The notes under the pieces: generated by a model
The model's input: only the letters and a program-made list of their open reading frames with translations
What the model was told of the DNA's origin: nothing
Database searches by the model: none
Shown: positions 36,801 through 50,795 of the stretch, one piece after another
Position numbering within the stretch: position 1 is the stretch's first letter
Layout: the number at the start of each line of letters is the position of its first letter
Source of the DNA: Octopus vulgaris
Lineage: Eukaryota
Assembly (NCBI GenBank): GCA_951406725.2
Contig: OX597826.1
Span: 17,608,001-17,672,000 of the forward strand
Direction: 5' to 3'
Length of the DNA: 64,000 nucleotides
Translations under genes and position numbers: made by a program

Positions 36801-37641
36801 AAGGTTGGACCTTGAGAGAAAGGTTGGACCTAAGAAGCATCAGATGTGGTGTGCAAGAGAGACGATTGCGCTGGTATGGTCATGTGGTGAAAATGGATGT
36901 GGATAGCTGTGTGAAAAAGTGCCACACCCTAGCAGTTGAGGGAACCTGTAGAAGAGGTTAACCCAGGAAGACCTGGGATGAGGTGGTGAAGCATGACCTT
37001 CGAACATTGGGCCTCACTGAGGCAATGACCGGGACCTCTGCAAATATGCTGTGCTTGAAAAGACTCAGCAAGCGCAAGCGAGACCATAACCTTGTGGCCT
37101 ATGTCAGGCGTGTAACCAGTCCACTTATGCATGCCTTTCCTTCATTGGACACTAAAATCTGCTTGCGAAAACCTGTTGAAGCAAGTGAAATTGAAATCGA
37201 AATCAAATTCGATGACTGGCATCCGTGCTAGCGGAGCGCTAAGAGTACCATACGAGTGAGATTGTTGCCAGAGCAACAAGCTGGCATCCGTGCCGATGGC
37301 ACATTAAAAACACCATCTGATCGTGATCGTTATCTGCGTCGCCTTACTAGCACTTGTGCTGGTGACATGTGAAAAAACATTCAAGCGTGGTCGTTGCCAG
37401 TGCCACCTGACTGGCTCCTGTGCAGGTGGCACATAATAAGCACCATTTGAGCGTGGCCATTGCCAGTACTGCCTGACTGGCTCTTGTGCCAGTGGCATGT
37501 AAAAGCAACTACTACACTCTTGGAGTGGTTGGCGTTAGGAAGATCAGGTTGGAGTCTGGTACAGCCATCTGGTTCGCCAGACCTCAGTCAAATCGCCCAA
37601 CCCATGCTTGCATGGAAAGCGGACGTTAAACGATGATGATG
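36801..37641 (+). mobile_element. RTE LINE 3' fragment
   Basis: RT C-terminus, diverged 3' UTR subrepeats and a (TGA)n tail. A tail-to-tail minus-strand copy begins at about 37648. Confidence 0.9.
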
Positions 37642-38133
37642 ATATATTATCATCATTCAACATCTGTTGTCCATGCTGGCATGGGCTGGATGGTTTGACC
37701 AGAGTTGGGAAGCTGCACCAGACTCCAGTCAGATTTGGCATGGCTTCTACAGCTGGATGCCCTTCCTAACACTGACTGCTTTAGAGAGTGTGCTGGGTGC
37801 TTTTACATGGCACGGCTTGGGCAAGTCTACATGGCACCCTTGATCATATCACAGGATGCATCAAGGGTAATATATGCTTCAGAAGACCTGTTGAATCAAG
37901 TAAAACCAAAATTCTAGCTGTGGCCAGTGCCTCCTGACTGGCCCCTGTGGCAGTGGCACGTAAAAAGCACTCACTACACACTTGCAGTAGTTGATGTTAG
38001 GAAGGGCATCCAGCTGTAGAAACATTGCCAGATCAGACTGGAGCCTGGTGCAGCTGCTGGCTTTCCAGACCTCAGTCAAACCATCCAACCCATACCAGCA
38101 TGGAAAACAGACATTAAACAATGATGATGAAGA

Positions 38134-38202
<69 letters not shown>

Positions 38203-38206
<4 letters not shown>

Positions 38207-39443
38207 GTCATCCCATAAATAATGCATTTTTTTATACATCATTTATTTTTCAAAATTAAGATAAACAATGTTCTATTTTAATCTAAAATATACACTCCTT
38301 CATTTTCTACAATGCCCTTCCAGCTATCTGGTACACTTGCTAGGCCCCTCTTCCAAAATTCACTTGTCTATGATAAAGAAATATTCCTCCTGTAGTGTTC
38401 TGATTTCGTCTACAGAATTCATGTTTTTTCTGTCCAAATTATTTTCAATACTATGAAATAAATGATAATCAGATGGGGTAATGTCCACAGAATATGGTGG
38501 GGTATCGTTTTTCATTCAAACTGCTCCAGCTTTGAAATGTCATCCTCGCTGTATGTGGCTGAGAATTATCCTGATGGAAGAACACCAAAGATGGCCGTTT
38601 TTCTTCTACTGCTGACTTAAGCCATTCAAGTTGCTCACAGTAGATCTCCTTTATTGTTTGGTTTGGATTTGAAAGTTCAAAGTGGACTAAGCCCTTCATA
38701 TCCCACCAAACAGATGATAACACCTTGCATGGCTGAAGACCTTCTTTTGGTGCTTCTTCTTTCCCTACCCACTCTCTTTGGCACTTGACATTTTTATAGA
38801 GAACGCATTTCTCATCACCAGTCAGTATTTGGTCCCAAAAAGGTTCATTTATGAGACGTGGTAGCAAAGAAGAGCACACATTCACTCGCTGCACATGATT
38901 AGACTTGGAAAGTTTGTGAGGAACCCATTGACCCAATTTGCCGACTTTTCTGATGGCACGTAGGTGTCGAATGGTTAAATGACCAAATCCAAGCTTCTCT
39001 GCTAGTTCCTCAGCAGTTACGATGGGATTTTGTTCCACCAGGGTTAGCAAGACATCCTTGTTGAGCTCTATAGATCTTCCAGGACAAAGCTCATCTGCTA
39101 GGCAGTAGTTTCCAGCTCACTAGAATTACCATTGACACTGGCTTATGCTTATTGCCTGATCCCCATATACTGCATATTCCCCATATTCCTCGAACTTTCT
39201 GTTGTGTTGTTGCCTTTACTGAGCTCATAAAGCAAAACATGCCGAATATGCTCCATTATAGCTTTGAAAAAGGTAACTTGTGAAAGTACAACTGCACTTT
39301 TCAAAACTTGCACTAAGAATAAGGACAAGGTAAAATTATTACCTGCTTTTATGGCAAGTTAACACCAGTAGTTTATCCCGTCCCCCTCCAACTTTTAGTT
39401 CATGCAATTGAAAAAAATCAGCATTATTTATGGGATGATTCAA
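38203..39443 (-). mobile_element. Mariner transposon, decayed
   Basis: TIRs TTGGGTCATCCCATAAATAATGC / GCATTATTTATGGGATGATTCAA with TA flanks. Motifs WVPHKL, LTGDEK, VWWD, FHQDNSQPH. Confidence 0.95.
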
Positions 39444-39452
39444 TATATATAT

Positions 39453-40361
39453 AAGGGCCCCTCGCTCAGGATGAAAGGTAGACTGTATGATGCATGTGTG
39501 CAAACTGCCATCCTACATGGCAGAGAAACATAGGCCATGACTGCTGAGGACATGTGTAGGCTTGAAAGAAATGAAGCTAGTATGCTTCGCTGGATGTGTA
39601 ATGTTAGTATACATACACAACAGACTGTAAGCAACCTGAGAGAAAAATTGGACATAAGCAGCATCAAATGTGGAACGCAAGAGAGACGACTGTGCTGGTA
39701 TGGGTTATGTTACATGTGGATGAGGACAGCTGTGTGAGGAAGTGCCATTCCCTAACTGTAGAAGGAACCTGTGGAAGAGGTAGACCCAGGAAGACATGGG
39801 ATGAGGTGAAGCATGACCTTTGTACATTGGGCTTCACAGAGGCAATGACAGGAGACTGAGACCTTTGGAGATATGCTGTGATTGAGAAGACTCGACAACT
39901 AAAGTGAGATTGCAGCCATGGCTGATGCCAGTGTTGCATGTCCGGCCCATTTAAGAGTACACGTGATGTGTCGGGTGATATATGCCCGAGAAGACCTGTT
40001 GATTCAAGTAAAACCAAAATCGTAGCTGTGGCCAGTGACCCCTGACTGGCTCCCGTTCCGGTGGCATGTAAAATGCATCATCGAACATAGCCGATGCCAG
40101 TACCCACTGCCAGTGGTATGTAAAAAGCACTATCTGAATGTGATCGATGCCAGGCCCATCTGAATGGTTCCCGTGCTGGTGGCACATAAAATGCACCTAC
40201 TACACTCTTGGAGTGGTTGGTGTTAGGAAGGGCATCCAACTGTAGAAACATTGCCAGATCAGATTGGAGCCTGGTGCAGCCGCTGGCTCTCCAGACCCCA
40301 GCCAAACCATCCAGCTTATGCCAGTATGGAAAACAGCCGTTAAACGATGATGATGATGATG
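39453..40361 (+). mobile_element. RTE LINE 3' fragment
   Basis: RNEASMLRWMCNVS..., GRGRPRKTW, 3' UTR and (TGA)n tail. Confidence 0.9.
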
Positions 40362-43300
40362 ATATATGCATACACACACACACATATATATGCTATCATT
40401 ATTTATGCCTTCTCATATTTACCAATGATGCCCCACCCCCATCCCATTCATCGTAGACACCCTTATGTACCTCTAACCTCCATCTCTGTCACTATATATC
40501 ATCCTCCTTTCTGAGCTACTTCTAGCGCTCACTTAACCCACTAACCTTCTCCCATCAACCACAACTGTACTCTTGTCCATCACTCACAAATTCACCTCTA
40601 CCCCCATCTCTAACCATCTGTTCCTCTCTCACACCCTTATAAAATAACTCACCCTCTTCTCACCTCTGATTTATATTCTCTCTTACACCCACTTCCTTGC
40701 TTCTTGAGAGCTCACTCTGACAGCGTGTTACCACTATTGCTAGTTTCTTTCTAGCTACTCCCACTCACCCTTATATAAAGTAGGGTTGCCATGTACGTCC
40801 TCTATAGTGCGACACCTGTGCTTGTCCCTCTATTATACTTTAGGCTTTCAACACCAGACACAAACTACCTCCTCCTCTCTCAAATATACTCTTCATTCAG
40901 TTAAGGTTTTTTCTCTTTTCTTATCTTGCATATTGTTTGGCAACCTCTCCAGTGTCAAAGCCATGAAAATGTCTACTATACTGCAAAGTGGTTGACATCA
41001 GACATCTACTCTAAAATGAAAATGCTGCAGCTGCTATTTATGTAATGGGCTCTCCCATTGAAGAATGGACTCTCCCATTGAAGACAACATATGACTGTTC
41101 AGTTTTTGCAAAATGACTTTGCACAAATGATTTGTTGATAGCGATCAAATGTCTGTGCTGTGCATTAGCTCACATTCTCCATCAAATCGACATTGCCTCA
41201 ACAGATGCACAGTGCACCATGCGTCAGGTGCTGAAGTGATCACAGAGCAACGTGAGGTGAAGTGTTATGCTCAAGAACACAATGCACCACTCGATCTAGG
41301 AATTGAAACCACAATCTCATGACTGTGAATGCAGCACCCTAACCACTAGGCTATGCATGCTCTGTCTGTCTGTCTGCCTGTCTCTCTCTCACACACATAC
41401 ATATGACATAAGATATGGATTTAGAGAATTGTGTAGCTATCACCTCCCATATATCTCCTGACATTTTATGGTGTGCATACATATAAACATGTGTGTGTTC
41501 ATATATATATTGGTACATATTGTTTGTTTTTACATGGTTTTATACATACTATACGTACTTATACATATCTACAGATATATGACACACCCACCTCATCACA
41601 CACACACACACACACTCTTGCAAATAAAGCCATCTGCTCCTTACAGTCAATTGCACTGAATGTGTTTATTTTGTTCACATACACATTCACTATGTCAACT
41701 TCAGCTGTTTGTTGGTGACTGTTATCAACCTGTCACAGCCAGCATCTGTCAATAATACCATTAAAGCATGTAATAAATTATTAAAATAACAAAGTGTGTG
41801 TTTGAGAGAGAGAGAGAGAGAGAGTTCATCTGCCCATCTATAGCACTGATTGTAAAACGGAAATATATTACAGTAAGTATACATAGAATATTAATGTCAC
41901 CTTTCAGAAGGTAGAGAGATTTATTTGCGATACTTTTGTGGGTTGGCTATGTTGCCCTGAACCAAATCAGTCCTTATTCTAAGTTAGAGTCCAGGTTGGA
42001 GGACTACATCTCACTTGTATTCTTTACTTTTGATAAGTTTTCAATGGCTCGATGCCTTCCCTATTGCCAAGTGCTTTCGATGTATCAAGGGCATTATGCC
42101 ATGGTAGCAGCACAAGAATGGTTGCCAAGTACTTGGAAAAACTAGGAAGCCCTCTCTACTCTATAAATGTTTCCATTTCCTACCAATGGATATGTGGGTA
42201 TTTAGAAAATACCTCAGAGTGATAAACCTGTCCTACTTAGATACAGGCTGCTCTCTGCACCTGTTCAGCCATCCTGCCAGGGATATGGTGAAGTCATGGG
42301 ACTGCAGCATGGTGGATTGCGAAGGGGTAGCGGAGGAGCTCAACTGAGTGAACAGTGCTTCTTACATTGATGCTGAGCAGAGGAATCCTAGAAGATCAAT
42401 GGTCAAGATCACCAAGCCCTATCAAGAGAGTTAACTGCAATGCATCCATAGGGGTGGTGTACATGGTTGTTTAATCAGCTAATGAAAGTTTCACTATGAC
42501 TCAAACTCTCAATATAAATTCTTAATAATGGAATTGGATGGCAACAGAGAGTCATGGGAATCCACGAAAGCAGCGCAACTGAAAAGCGATGTACCCCACC
42601 ACACACACACACACACCTACACAAATCGGTTTCATCACACTTCAGTGTTCTGGTCACTGATACAATTCTACAGTATTTACTGAAATGTACTTGGTATTTT
42701 GTGTTGTTTCTCAGGGTCATCATCATCATCATCATCATTGTTTAACATCCGCTTTCCATACTGGCATGGGTTGGACGGTTTGACTGAGGACTGGTGAGCC
42801 AGAAGGCTGCACCGGGCTCCAATTTGATCTGGCAAAGTTTCTACAGCTGGATGCCCTTCCTAACGCCAACCACTCAGAGTGTAGTGGGTGCTTTTACGTG
42901 CCACCAGCATGAGGGCTAGTCAGGCGGTTCTGGCACCGATCATGCTCAAAAGGTGTTTTTTACATGCTACCTGCATGGGGGCTAGTACGGTGGCATTGGC
43001 AACGACCACGCACAAATATTGTTTTTCACGTACCACCAGCACAGAAGCCAATCTGTGGCCCTGGCAATGATCACACTTGGATGTGCTTCTAACGTTCCAC
43101 TGGCACAAGTGCCAATCGTGCAGTACTGTCATCAACCACGTCAGCGATTTTGATTTGATTTCACTTGCCTCAATAGGTCTCCGCAAGCAAAGTTTATTGT
43201 CCAATGAATAAGTGGGTAGAAGGGGAATAGAGTCAAATGCTGATAGTAAAGAAGCTAGGTGTATTAAGGTTTTATTGTTGAAGCTGCCATGTGGTCAGTG

Positions 43301-44780
43301 TTTGTAATAAGGCTTGTAAGGAGATTGAATGTAGTTGTCTGAACTCTTGTTACACGTTGGAAAGAAGCGTGCAAGTTGATGTTGCCAAGAATTAATCTTT
43401 GAACTGTTTCAGAATGTACATAGCAAAGTACAGATGATGCTTCTTTAGCCGAGATTCTGCTAGGCTTCAGAATAGTTATAATTTTTGTCTAGGTTCTGAG
43501 CATTAAGTGGTTTTGGAATTAATGTTTGGAGTATGTTAATTCTTAAAGTCCTGTAGTATTTTCTTAAGATAAACCTCCCAGTCCTGTTAGAAAGTAAAGA
43601 CTTGGATGAAATACAGCCAGTTCAATATAAAAACCATAAAAATATAACTCTAAGAATTGTTGATATACATTGAGAATGTGGTTTTTACCTATTAGTTGTT
43701 GACTGATTTTTACCTATTGTCATGTCACTTTCACCTGCCCAGATAAGTTGATTACAGGTAGGTGTTTTCACACATATTTTCAAGATACCGATTCCTGCAC
43801 ACAGATTTTCTGCCTGAGAGCAGAATTTGTGTTCTAGTAATCTCTTTAACTTGAAAGTTAAACAACTATAATCAGGAATAGCAATCCACTTCATCTCCTT
43901 CACTGATGTGATGAAGGGGGTACTGCTATACCCATACATTGCTCATTCAAATGCAAATTTCTTTATGAAAAAAAAAATTGAAGAAAATCCTCTATGGGCT
44001 TTGTTCAAAGGTTTTGTGGGGTTCAAATCAACAAAGACAACATCAATGCAATGACCAACTCTATTCTGAATCAACAGATTACAGAGTCACTTAGATCACT
44101 GATGTGTATGGATGATATTGAAATATCACTCATTTTCTCCAAGTCCAATCTCTCTTTCTCTAGTTATATCATTAATAAATAATATCACTGAATTCTAACT
44201 CACTGCTTGGGGTTATTAAATGCCATGATGCTCAAAAACCCTTTGCTATCATAGGTATAAGGCCGGAAGTTTTGAGTGGGGGGGATAGCTGATTACATTG
44301 ACCCCAATACTTGATGGTACTTATTTCATCGATCCCATACAGTTGAAAGGTAAAGTCAACCTCGGTGGAATTTGAACTCAGAATATAAAGACACGAAAAC
44401 CCAGTTAAGCATTTTGTACAGTATGCTAACAATTCTTTCAGCTTGCGACCTTAAAATGCTCAAAAACCAAAAGAAGGAAGCAATTCACACAATAAAATGC
44501 AAATAAAATCTTTTCACAGGAAGATCTTTCTAAAACAAGGCTGAAATTTTTTTCTCATACAGAAGGCAGCTTAGTTCCTGACTTCAACCATAAACAATAA
44601 CACTATTTGAATTATGGTTATATGCGTCAAGACCAAGAGTTAATTCCCAGGAATCCATTTGGGGTTATATTTAGTTAGACTTTGGTGTTTTATCAGATGA
44701 AAGAAAGGGATTATGGCCGAGGTGAATGATGTGTATCATGCAACTTGTGTTTCAGTCTTATTTGAAAAGGTAAAAAAAAT

Positions 44781-46006
44781 AATGTTTGATAAGTGGGCTT
44801 GCTAGTTTGTTTTTGTGAGGGTATATTATTTCAAGTTGTTGTATGATGTGGTGAGGCAATGACAAGTGACTGAGACTTCTGGTGCATTGCTGTGCTTGAG
44901 AAGACACGTCACGCTTAGTGAAATTGTGGTTGTGGCCAACGCCAGTGATGCGTGAATGGTACATATGCTGGTGACATATAAAAGGCACCCATATCAGTGA
45001 CATGTGAAAGGCACCCAGTACAATCTGTGGAGTTGTTGGCATTAGGAAGGGCATCCAGTCGTAGAAACCAAGTCAAAACAGAGTGGAGCCTGGTACAGCT
45101 TGCCAGCGTACCATCTCCAGTTAAACCGTCTCATCCATGCCAGCACGGAAAAGATGTTAAATGATGATGGTGGTGCTATTTCCGTTGGCAGTGATTTATT
45201 GGAGGTTTTATTTGGGATGCAAATGTAAGCTAGTTTACTGCAATTCCTTGGATTATTATCTGTTTGATGCCAAGTTTTATTTCTGTTTAGAGAGTAATTA
45301 GTGTGTTGAGTTTGAGGCTGCCTTTCATCTTTATCAGGCTGGATCTTTCAGCTGCACAATTTACGCAACATTTTTCTTTTGCCTTGTGAGATGCACATTT
45401 TGAAATTTGCAAACATAGGTAGGTGCATTTTTGGAAGCAAAGCATACAGACACAGATGCGGATAGGTATGCGAGTGGTTAGGTGTGGCATGCACAGGCAC
45501 AGGTGTAACAGTGTGGTAAGTTTGTTTCCCAATCACATGGTTCTGGGATTAGTGCCACTGTGTGGTACCTTGGACCAGTGTCCCCTATTATAGCCTCAGG
45601 TCAGCCAAAGCATTATGAGTGGATCTGGTAGATGGAAACTGAAAGAAACCTGTCATGTGTGTATGTGTGTGTATGTCACTGCCTCTGTGACTTGACATCG
45701 TGTGATAATTGTAAACAAGTGTCAGTCATGAAAGTGGTGTTCTTCCTTTCCAATATTCTGCAAAAACATGTCCAACTATGGGGAAATATTACCTTAGACA
45801 GAAACAGTTAAGGATTGGTGACATGAAGATGTCACGCATCACTGGCATTGGCCACAACCACAATTTCACTAAGCGTGACGTGTTTTCTCAAGCACAGCAA
45901 TGCACCAGAAGTCTCAGTCACTTGTCATTGCCTCATCACATCATACAACAACTTGAAATAAAATACCCTCACAAAAACAAGCTAGCAAGCCCACTTATCA
46001 AACATT
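44781..46006. repeat. 175-bp inverted duplication (44781-44955 vs 45832-46006)
   Basis: Manual comparison gives 5 mismatches and no indels. Confidence 0.92.
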
Positions 46007-46821
46007 CAGCTGCAGAAAATCGTCCTCAACTTATTCCATTTGACCTATGCAAGCATGGAAAAGTGGATGTTAAAATGATGATGATAAAGTATATTTATGT
46101 ACATGTATGATCTATGCAAGTGTATAATAACTTACAAAGGAATTTAAATCTCTTTGATTTCACTTGAAATAATTAATGAACATGAGAAACTTTTGAGAAG
46201 TAATTGGTACATCACATAATTAGACACATATACAAAGTTTTTAATGTTCTATTATATTTAACTCTTTCACTCTCAGATTTCTTTTGAGGTACATTGCTTT
46301 TGTTTCAATTAATTTTGAAAATACTGAAAGATTTAGTAAAACAATTTTGCCATTATTAAGTTGGTGTTGGGAACACAAGTTAACATGAAATTTTGATGAA
46401 CAATTTTAACTTAGATTACTTTAAATCAGTAAATTTATATCATAGAACCAGGGGCAGTTTTGAGCAGATTAGTATCAAAAGGGTTAAAAGCTTTCCTACA
46501 GTTATACAGAAAATGGCTTTAACAAGCATCAAAATATTTAATAGACATTTTATCTTTAAAGTAGGTCAAGGCTATTTTAAATTTGGATTGAAGTAATATA
46601 AATTGCTAAACATTACCACCAATTAATATAAGGAATTAAAAGCAAGAATTCAAGTCAGAAAGTAGTGTTGAAAACAAAATTAATGATAGCTGTGTTAACT
46701 GCAAGGTTGTTTGAGTAATTGTAAAATTCCAAAAATTTGATTTGGTTTTACAGCAATGATGACAACAACTGTATAAATATTCTTAATCACCTTAAACAGT
46801 TGATAGATGAAAACAGACATA

Positions 46822-48156
46822 TAGGATGTTCCATAAAGAGCATTGAATTTGAATTGGGCAACATTTTTGTGTCTTGAAGTTAGACGGCATGTTTTTATCA
46901 TGTTTGCTATCTCTATTCACTCCGATTAACAGTTTTTGTTTGTTTTTCCAAATAGTGTGCAGTGTGTTGTGGAGCAGTTTACAACGATATAAATCAAGAA
47001 ACTCATTGTGAAGACATTTTACCAAAACGGAGAAAGTGCAATGCAAACAGCTTGAACATTTCGTACCATTTTGGGAAGAAATGAAGCACCTCACAAGTCT
47101 ATGATTCGCAGACTAATGACAAAGTTTAAAACAACTGGTTCAGTTGCAAATGGCCAAATCGCCTGGGCAGAATCATTCTTATCGGACAGAGCAACAGATT
47201 GCTGTTGTGCAAGACAGTGTCACTCTGAGTCCAGGAAAATCAATTTGCCGATGTTTGCAGCAGTTGGGCATGCTAACCACTTCATTACATTGAATTTTGC
47301 ATAAAGATCTCCATATGCATCCTTACAAAATTCAACTTAGGTAGCATCTTCAGCCACCTAACCACAGGAGGTGGAGGAAATTTGCTGACTGGGTTGTGGA
47401 GAGACTTGCAGCTAACGGAATTTTGCCAAAAAAACCATCTTCAGTGACAAGACCCACTTCCACTTTAGTGGATTTGTCAAACAGAACTGCCAGATTTGGG
47501 GAAATGAAAATCCTCCAATAATGCAAGAGCGTAAAATGCATCCACTGAAAGTGACTGTATAGTGTGGTTTTGGGGCAGGTGGAGTGCTTGGGCCGTTCTT
47601 CTTCGAAAATGATGAGGGGAATGCAATTACCATTAATGGAGAACATTACTGAGACATGATATCAATTCGGTTATGGGTGAACTTGGAAGATACGGAGATT
47701 GACAACCTCTTGTTTCAGCAGAATGGAGTGACCTGCCACACTTTGTGTCAAACATTTGCTTTACTCCATGAAAAATTTCCACAATGAGTGATATCCTTGC
47801 ATAGTGTCCAGCAATGTCCACCAAGATCCTGCAATCTTACCCCTTGTGATTTCTTATAGGGGTATGTGAAATTACAGATATACATCAAGAAACTATGCAC
47901 AATTCCTGAACTCAAGGCTGAAATCAGGCATGTGACTGGAGGCACTGGGCCACTCATCTTTGAGAGAGTTATTGGAAATTTCAAGGAGCACACAAACGCA
48001 TGCAGACACAGTGTAGGTAGACATATGACTGATATTGTGTTCCGTATCCAAACAGGAGACGTAACTCATTAGAAATATGCAGACTATAACCATGTTTATA
48101 CTATTTCATTTAAATTATTCACCTTTCAAATTTGGCGCCCTTTATGGAACACCCTG
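46822..48156 (+). mobile_element. Tc1/mariner-superfamily transposon, decayed
   Basis: TIRs TAGGATGTTCCATAAAGAGCATTGAATTTGAA / TTCAAATTTGGCGCCCTTTATGGAACACCCTG. Motifs FSDKTHF..QNCQIWGNENP, FQQNG, PPRSCNLTPCDF. Confidence 0.85.
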
Positions 48157-48557
48157 TATATTATCATGATGATGATAGGGCTGTTTAGACAATTAGGTCA
48201 TCAAACTTTTGATTTGTTAATATAGAATAGCCATCATGGGTTTTAATTGCAGCAATAGAGGTAAAAGTAGAAGTGGCAAAGATAAACAGAATAGGGGATG
48301 TCTGTATGACAATTAAACAAGAACTCGAAATAAAACAATGGTTTCATGAAAGATCTAAACAATTTCAGTAAAAAGCTATGTTAAAGTAAAAAAGCTACAT
48401 CCATAAAGATGTGAAAAATTGACAAACATCGTAGAAGAGTTTGGAAATATCAAAGTTCCCTTGATAGAATCAAGTAAATCAAAAACAGAATAAGACTTTC
48501 TAAGTAGAACAGAAAAAAAAAAAAGGTTGGGTGTGTAAAACAAAAAGAGGCCTTTAC

Positions 48558-48713
48558 CTTGTTTGCAGATTCTAGAGATTTTATCAAAGATTTCAATTCT
48601 CCACTATTCAGTTCCAAGGTTGTGTTGACATTCTCCTCCCTGTCTCGGCTTTGTAAGTCAAGCTGACACAGAGGTTCATGTATAGTACCAAGTTTATCGC
48701 TAGACATAACTAA
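48558..48713 (-). CDS. COMMD8: COMM domain-containing protein 8, penultimate coding exon (52 codons)
   Basis: Phase-0 exon LVMSSDKLGTIHEPLCQLDLQSRDREENVNTTLELNSGELKSLIKSLESANK. It has a pyrimidine-rich acceptor (...tttatcag) and a donor AAG|gtaaag. It aligns without gaps to the COMM-domain segment of human COMMD8 as I recall it (LALSSDKIAALRMPLLSLHL...EMSREELQNLIQSLEAANK). Confidence 0.92.
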
Positions 48714-49189
48714 CTGATAAAGAAAATTAAGAGAAAAAAAGAAAACAATACAATTATTCAGAAAAGCATTTAATAGCAAGTTTCATGGAATGTCAGCACC
48801 CACCCCCCATAGAATGAAATATAATACGAAGAGACCTATAAATCTCTACAGTTAAAGTGTTGATAAAGTTTGCTTTGATATTAGTTTCAGTCTCAATATA
48901 AAGTTACTCTTTTTTGTCTCCTTTTAACCTGAGTCAGAGCTGTTTTCTATGTTAACATGGGTGAAGTACTGCATGAACCCATCCTACAGCTAAATCATTC
49001 ACATATGATGTAGCACTGGAACATCATTTTATAAGTTAAGATAAACTGAAGAGATATATCTGATGTGAAATAAAGCAAATGGAGGCTTTTTTTAGTAGTT
49101 TGGATGAGGACTGAACCTATCCATTCCATTGTTATTCAACAACATTCATTCGCTTCATCCACCATCATTAGTAACTTTAGGCAACTTAT

Positions 49190-49405
49190 TAGCCTGTTAG
49201 CATTTAATCTGGCCAGATACTCTACTTGCTTAATGCTAAAACAGACCAGATCCACCCTATCACACCTACTCTACAATGTCATACTAAAAATATACAAACA
49301 CACTACTGAAATGTTGAAGCTATAAGATAATGTGTGATTAATTCAAAACAATGTGAATAAATAAGTAATGCATTTGACAAAGAAATCTGAATGCTAAAGG
49401 GTTAG
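49190..49405. mobile_element. Short TTAA-type MITE (CCCTTTAGCATT termini)
   Basis: Related copies at about 612-840 and 52530-53000 (the latter split by a SINE). A similar TTAA-bounded element lies at 46258-46487. Confidence 0.6.
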
Positions 49406-50795
49406 AATGAAGATATGTGTTTAGGTACAAACTCATTTGCATAATAATAATATAAAGGGAATGACTAGACAGTAATCACCAGACATGCATGGTTATGGAT
49501 GAGCTATACTTTATTGATACTCAAGTAACTAAGGAATAGATATGTACTTTGCTCAGAAGGTAAAACATAGCTATAGTAAAGTTTGAACTTGGTATCATGT
49601 GGCTGGGATTATAACACTCGATACACACACACACAAAGCTGAGTATCCTGTTGTTGGTAGGCAATTTTCACAATAGAATGCCTTGGTGGACGTTTGGAAT
49701 AGCATGCTCACATAAATTGGGTTTTCTCCAATTTGACAGGGATTTCTCAAATTTTTTTTCACCAGACCCTTGCAAATGATGTGGGGAAGCTTTTTGAAAT
49801 GAATTTTTTAAACTTGATTCCCACCCACTCCTGGACTGATTTTGTCCAAAATTTTTTTTTTTTTTTTGCATTATGCACTTAAAAACAATGGGAGAAGCCT
49901 TGTTGGTTAAAAAAATCCCCACTTCCTTTATTTTCAAACAGAAAATGAAAAGTAATTAAAAAAACAAGAGAAATTTTTCATAATTTTTTTTGTTAAGCCT
50001 GCCCCACAAATCCTAACATTTCAACTTATTATTGAAACATTTTTTAATCACAGTTTTAAATTAAAGACAGTCCAGATCAGCAATTTGTTTCTGTTTTTAA
50101 TTTCAAAATAATTTCCAAATGAAAAAGTGTGTGATTTAAGGGAGATTTAGCTACCATTTCTAGTACAGCCCATGACCACCTGATACCTTCCTCGTTTCTT
50201 TGTCACCCTAACATGTATTGATGCTCTTCAATATTTTTCTCCCCATAAACACATAAAGATGATGTGGAAGTAACGGTTTTGTTTAACTCAAGGGTGGTCC
50301 ATTGATGAGATTTAAGCAACAGCAAAACAAAAATTTTGTAATTTAAATTTTTAACCCTCACCCCACACCAAGCAAGTCTATGTGTGTGCATGCATGCATG
50401 CGCATGTGTGTGTATAAGAGAAACCATATCTACAAACAGAACAGTATGCTATTAAAATAAATTATCTTTTCCATACCCTTTTTAAATCACTCTTGTCCTC
50501 ATGAAATTCTTAACATACATGCATACACACACACACACTCTCTCTCAGTGTGAGCAATACATGTATACAGAGAGCGAGGGAGTGTTTTATATCCTGGTGT
50601 TGGATAAATAAATCTAACAAAGCAAGGGGAAAGAAGTATTTATTGCTCACCAATGAACTGCTTTGCCAACTCCATGATTGTTTATTTTATAGCAATGTGT
50701 CAGTCCCCTTTTAGTCACATGGGGGGGAGTTTATGAGAAAAATGAAAGAGATGGAGAGAAAGAGAGATATTCTCTGCTGCTAACACATCATCATA

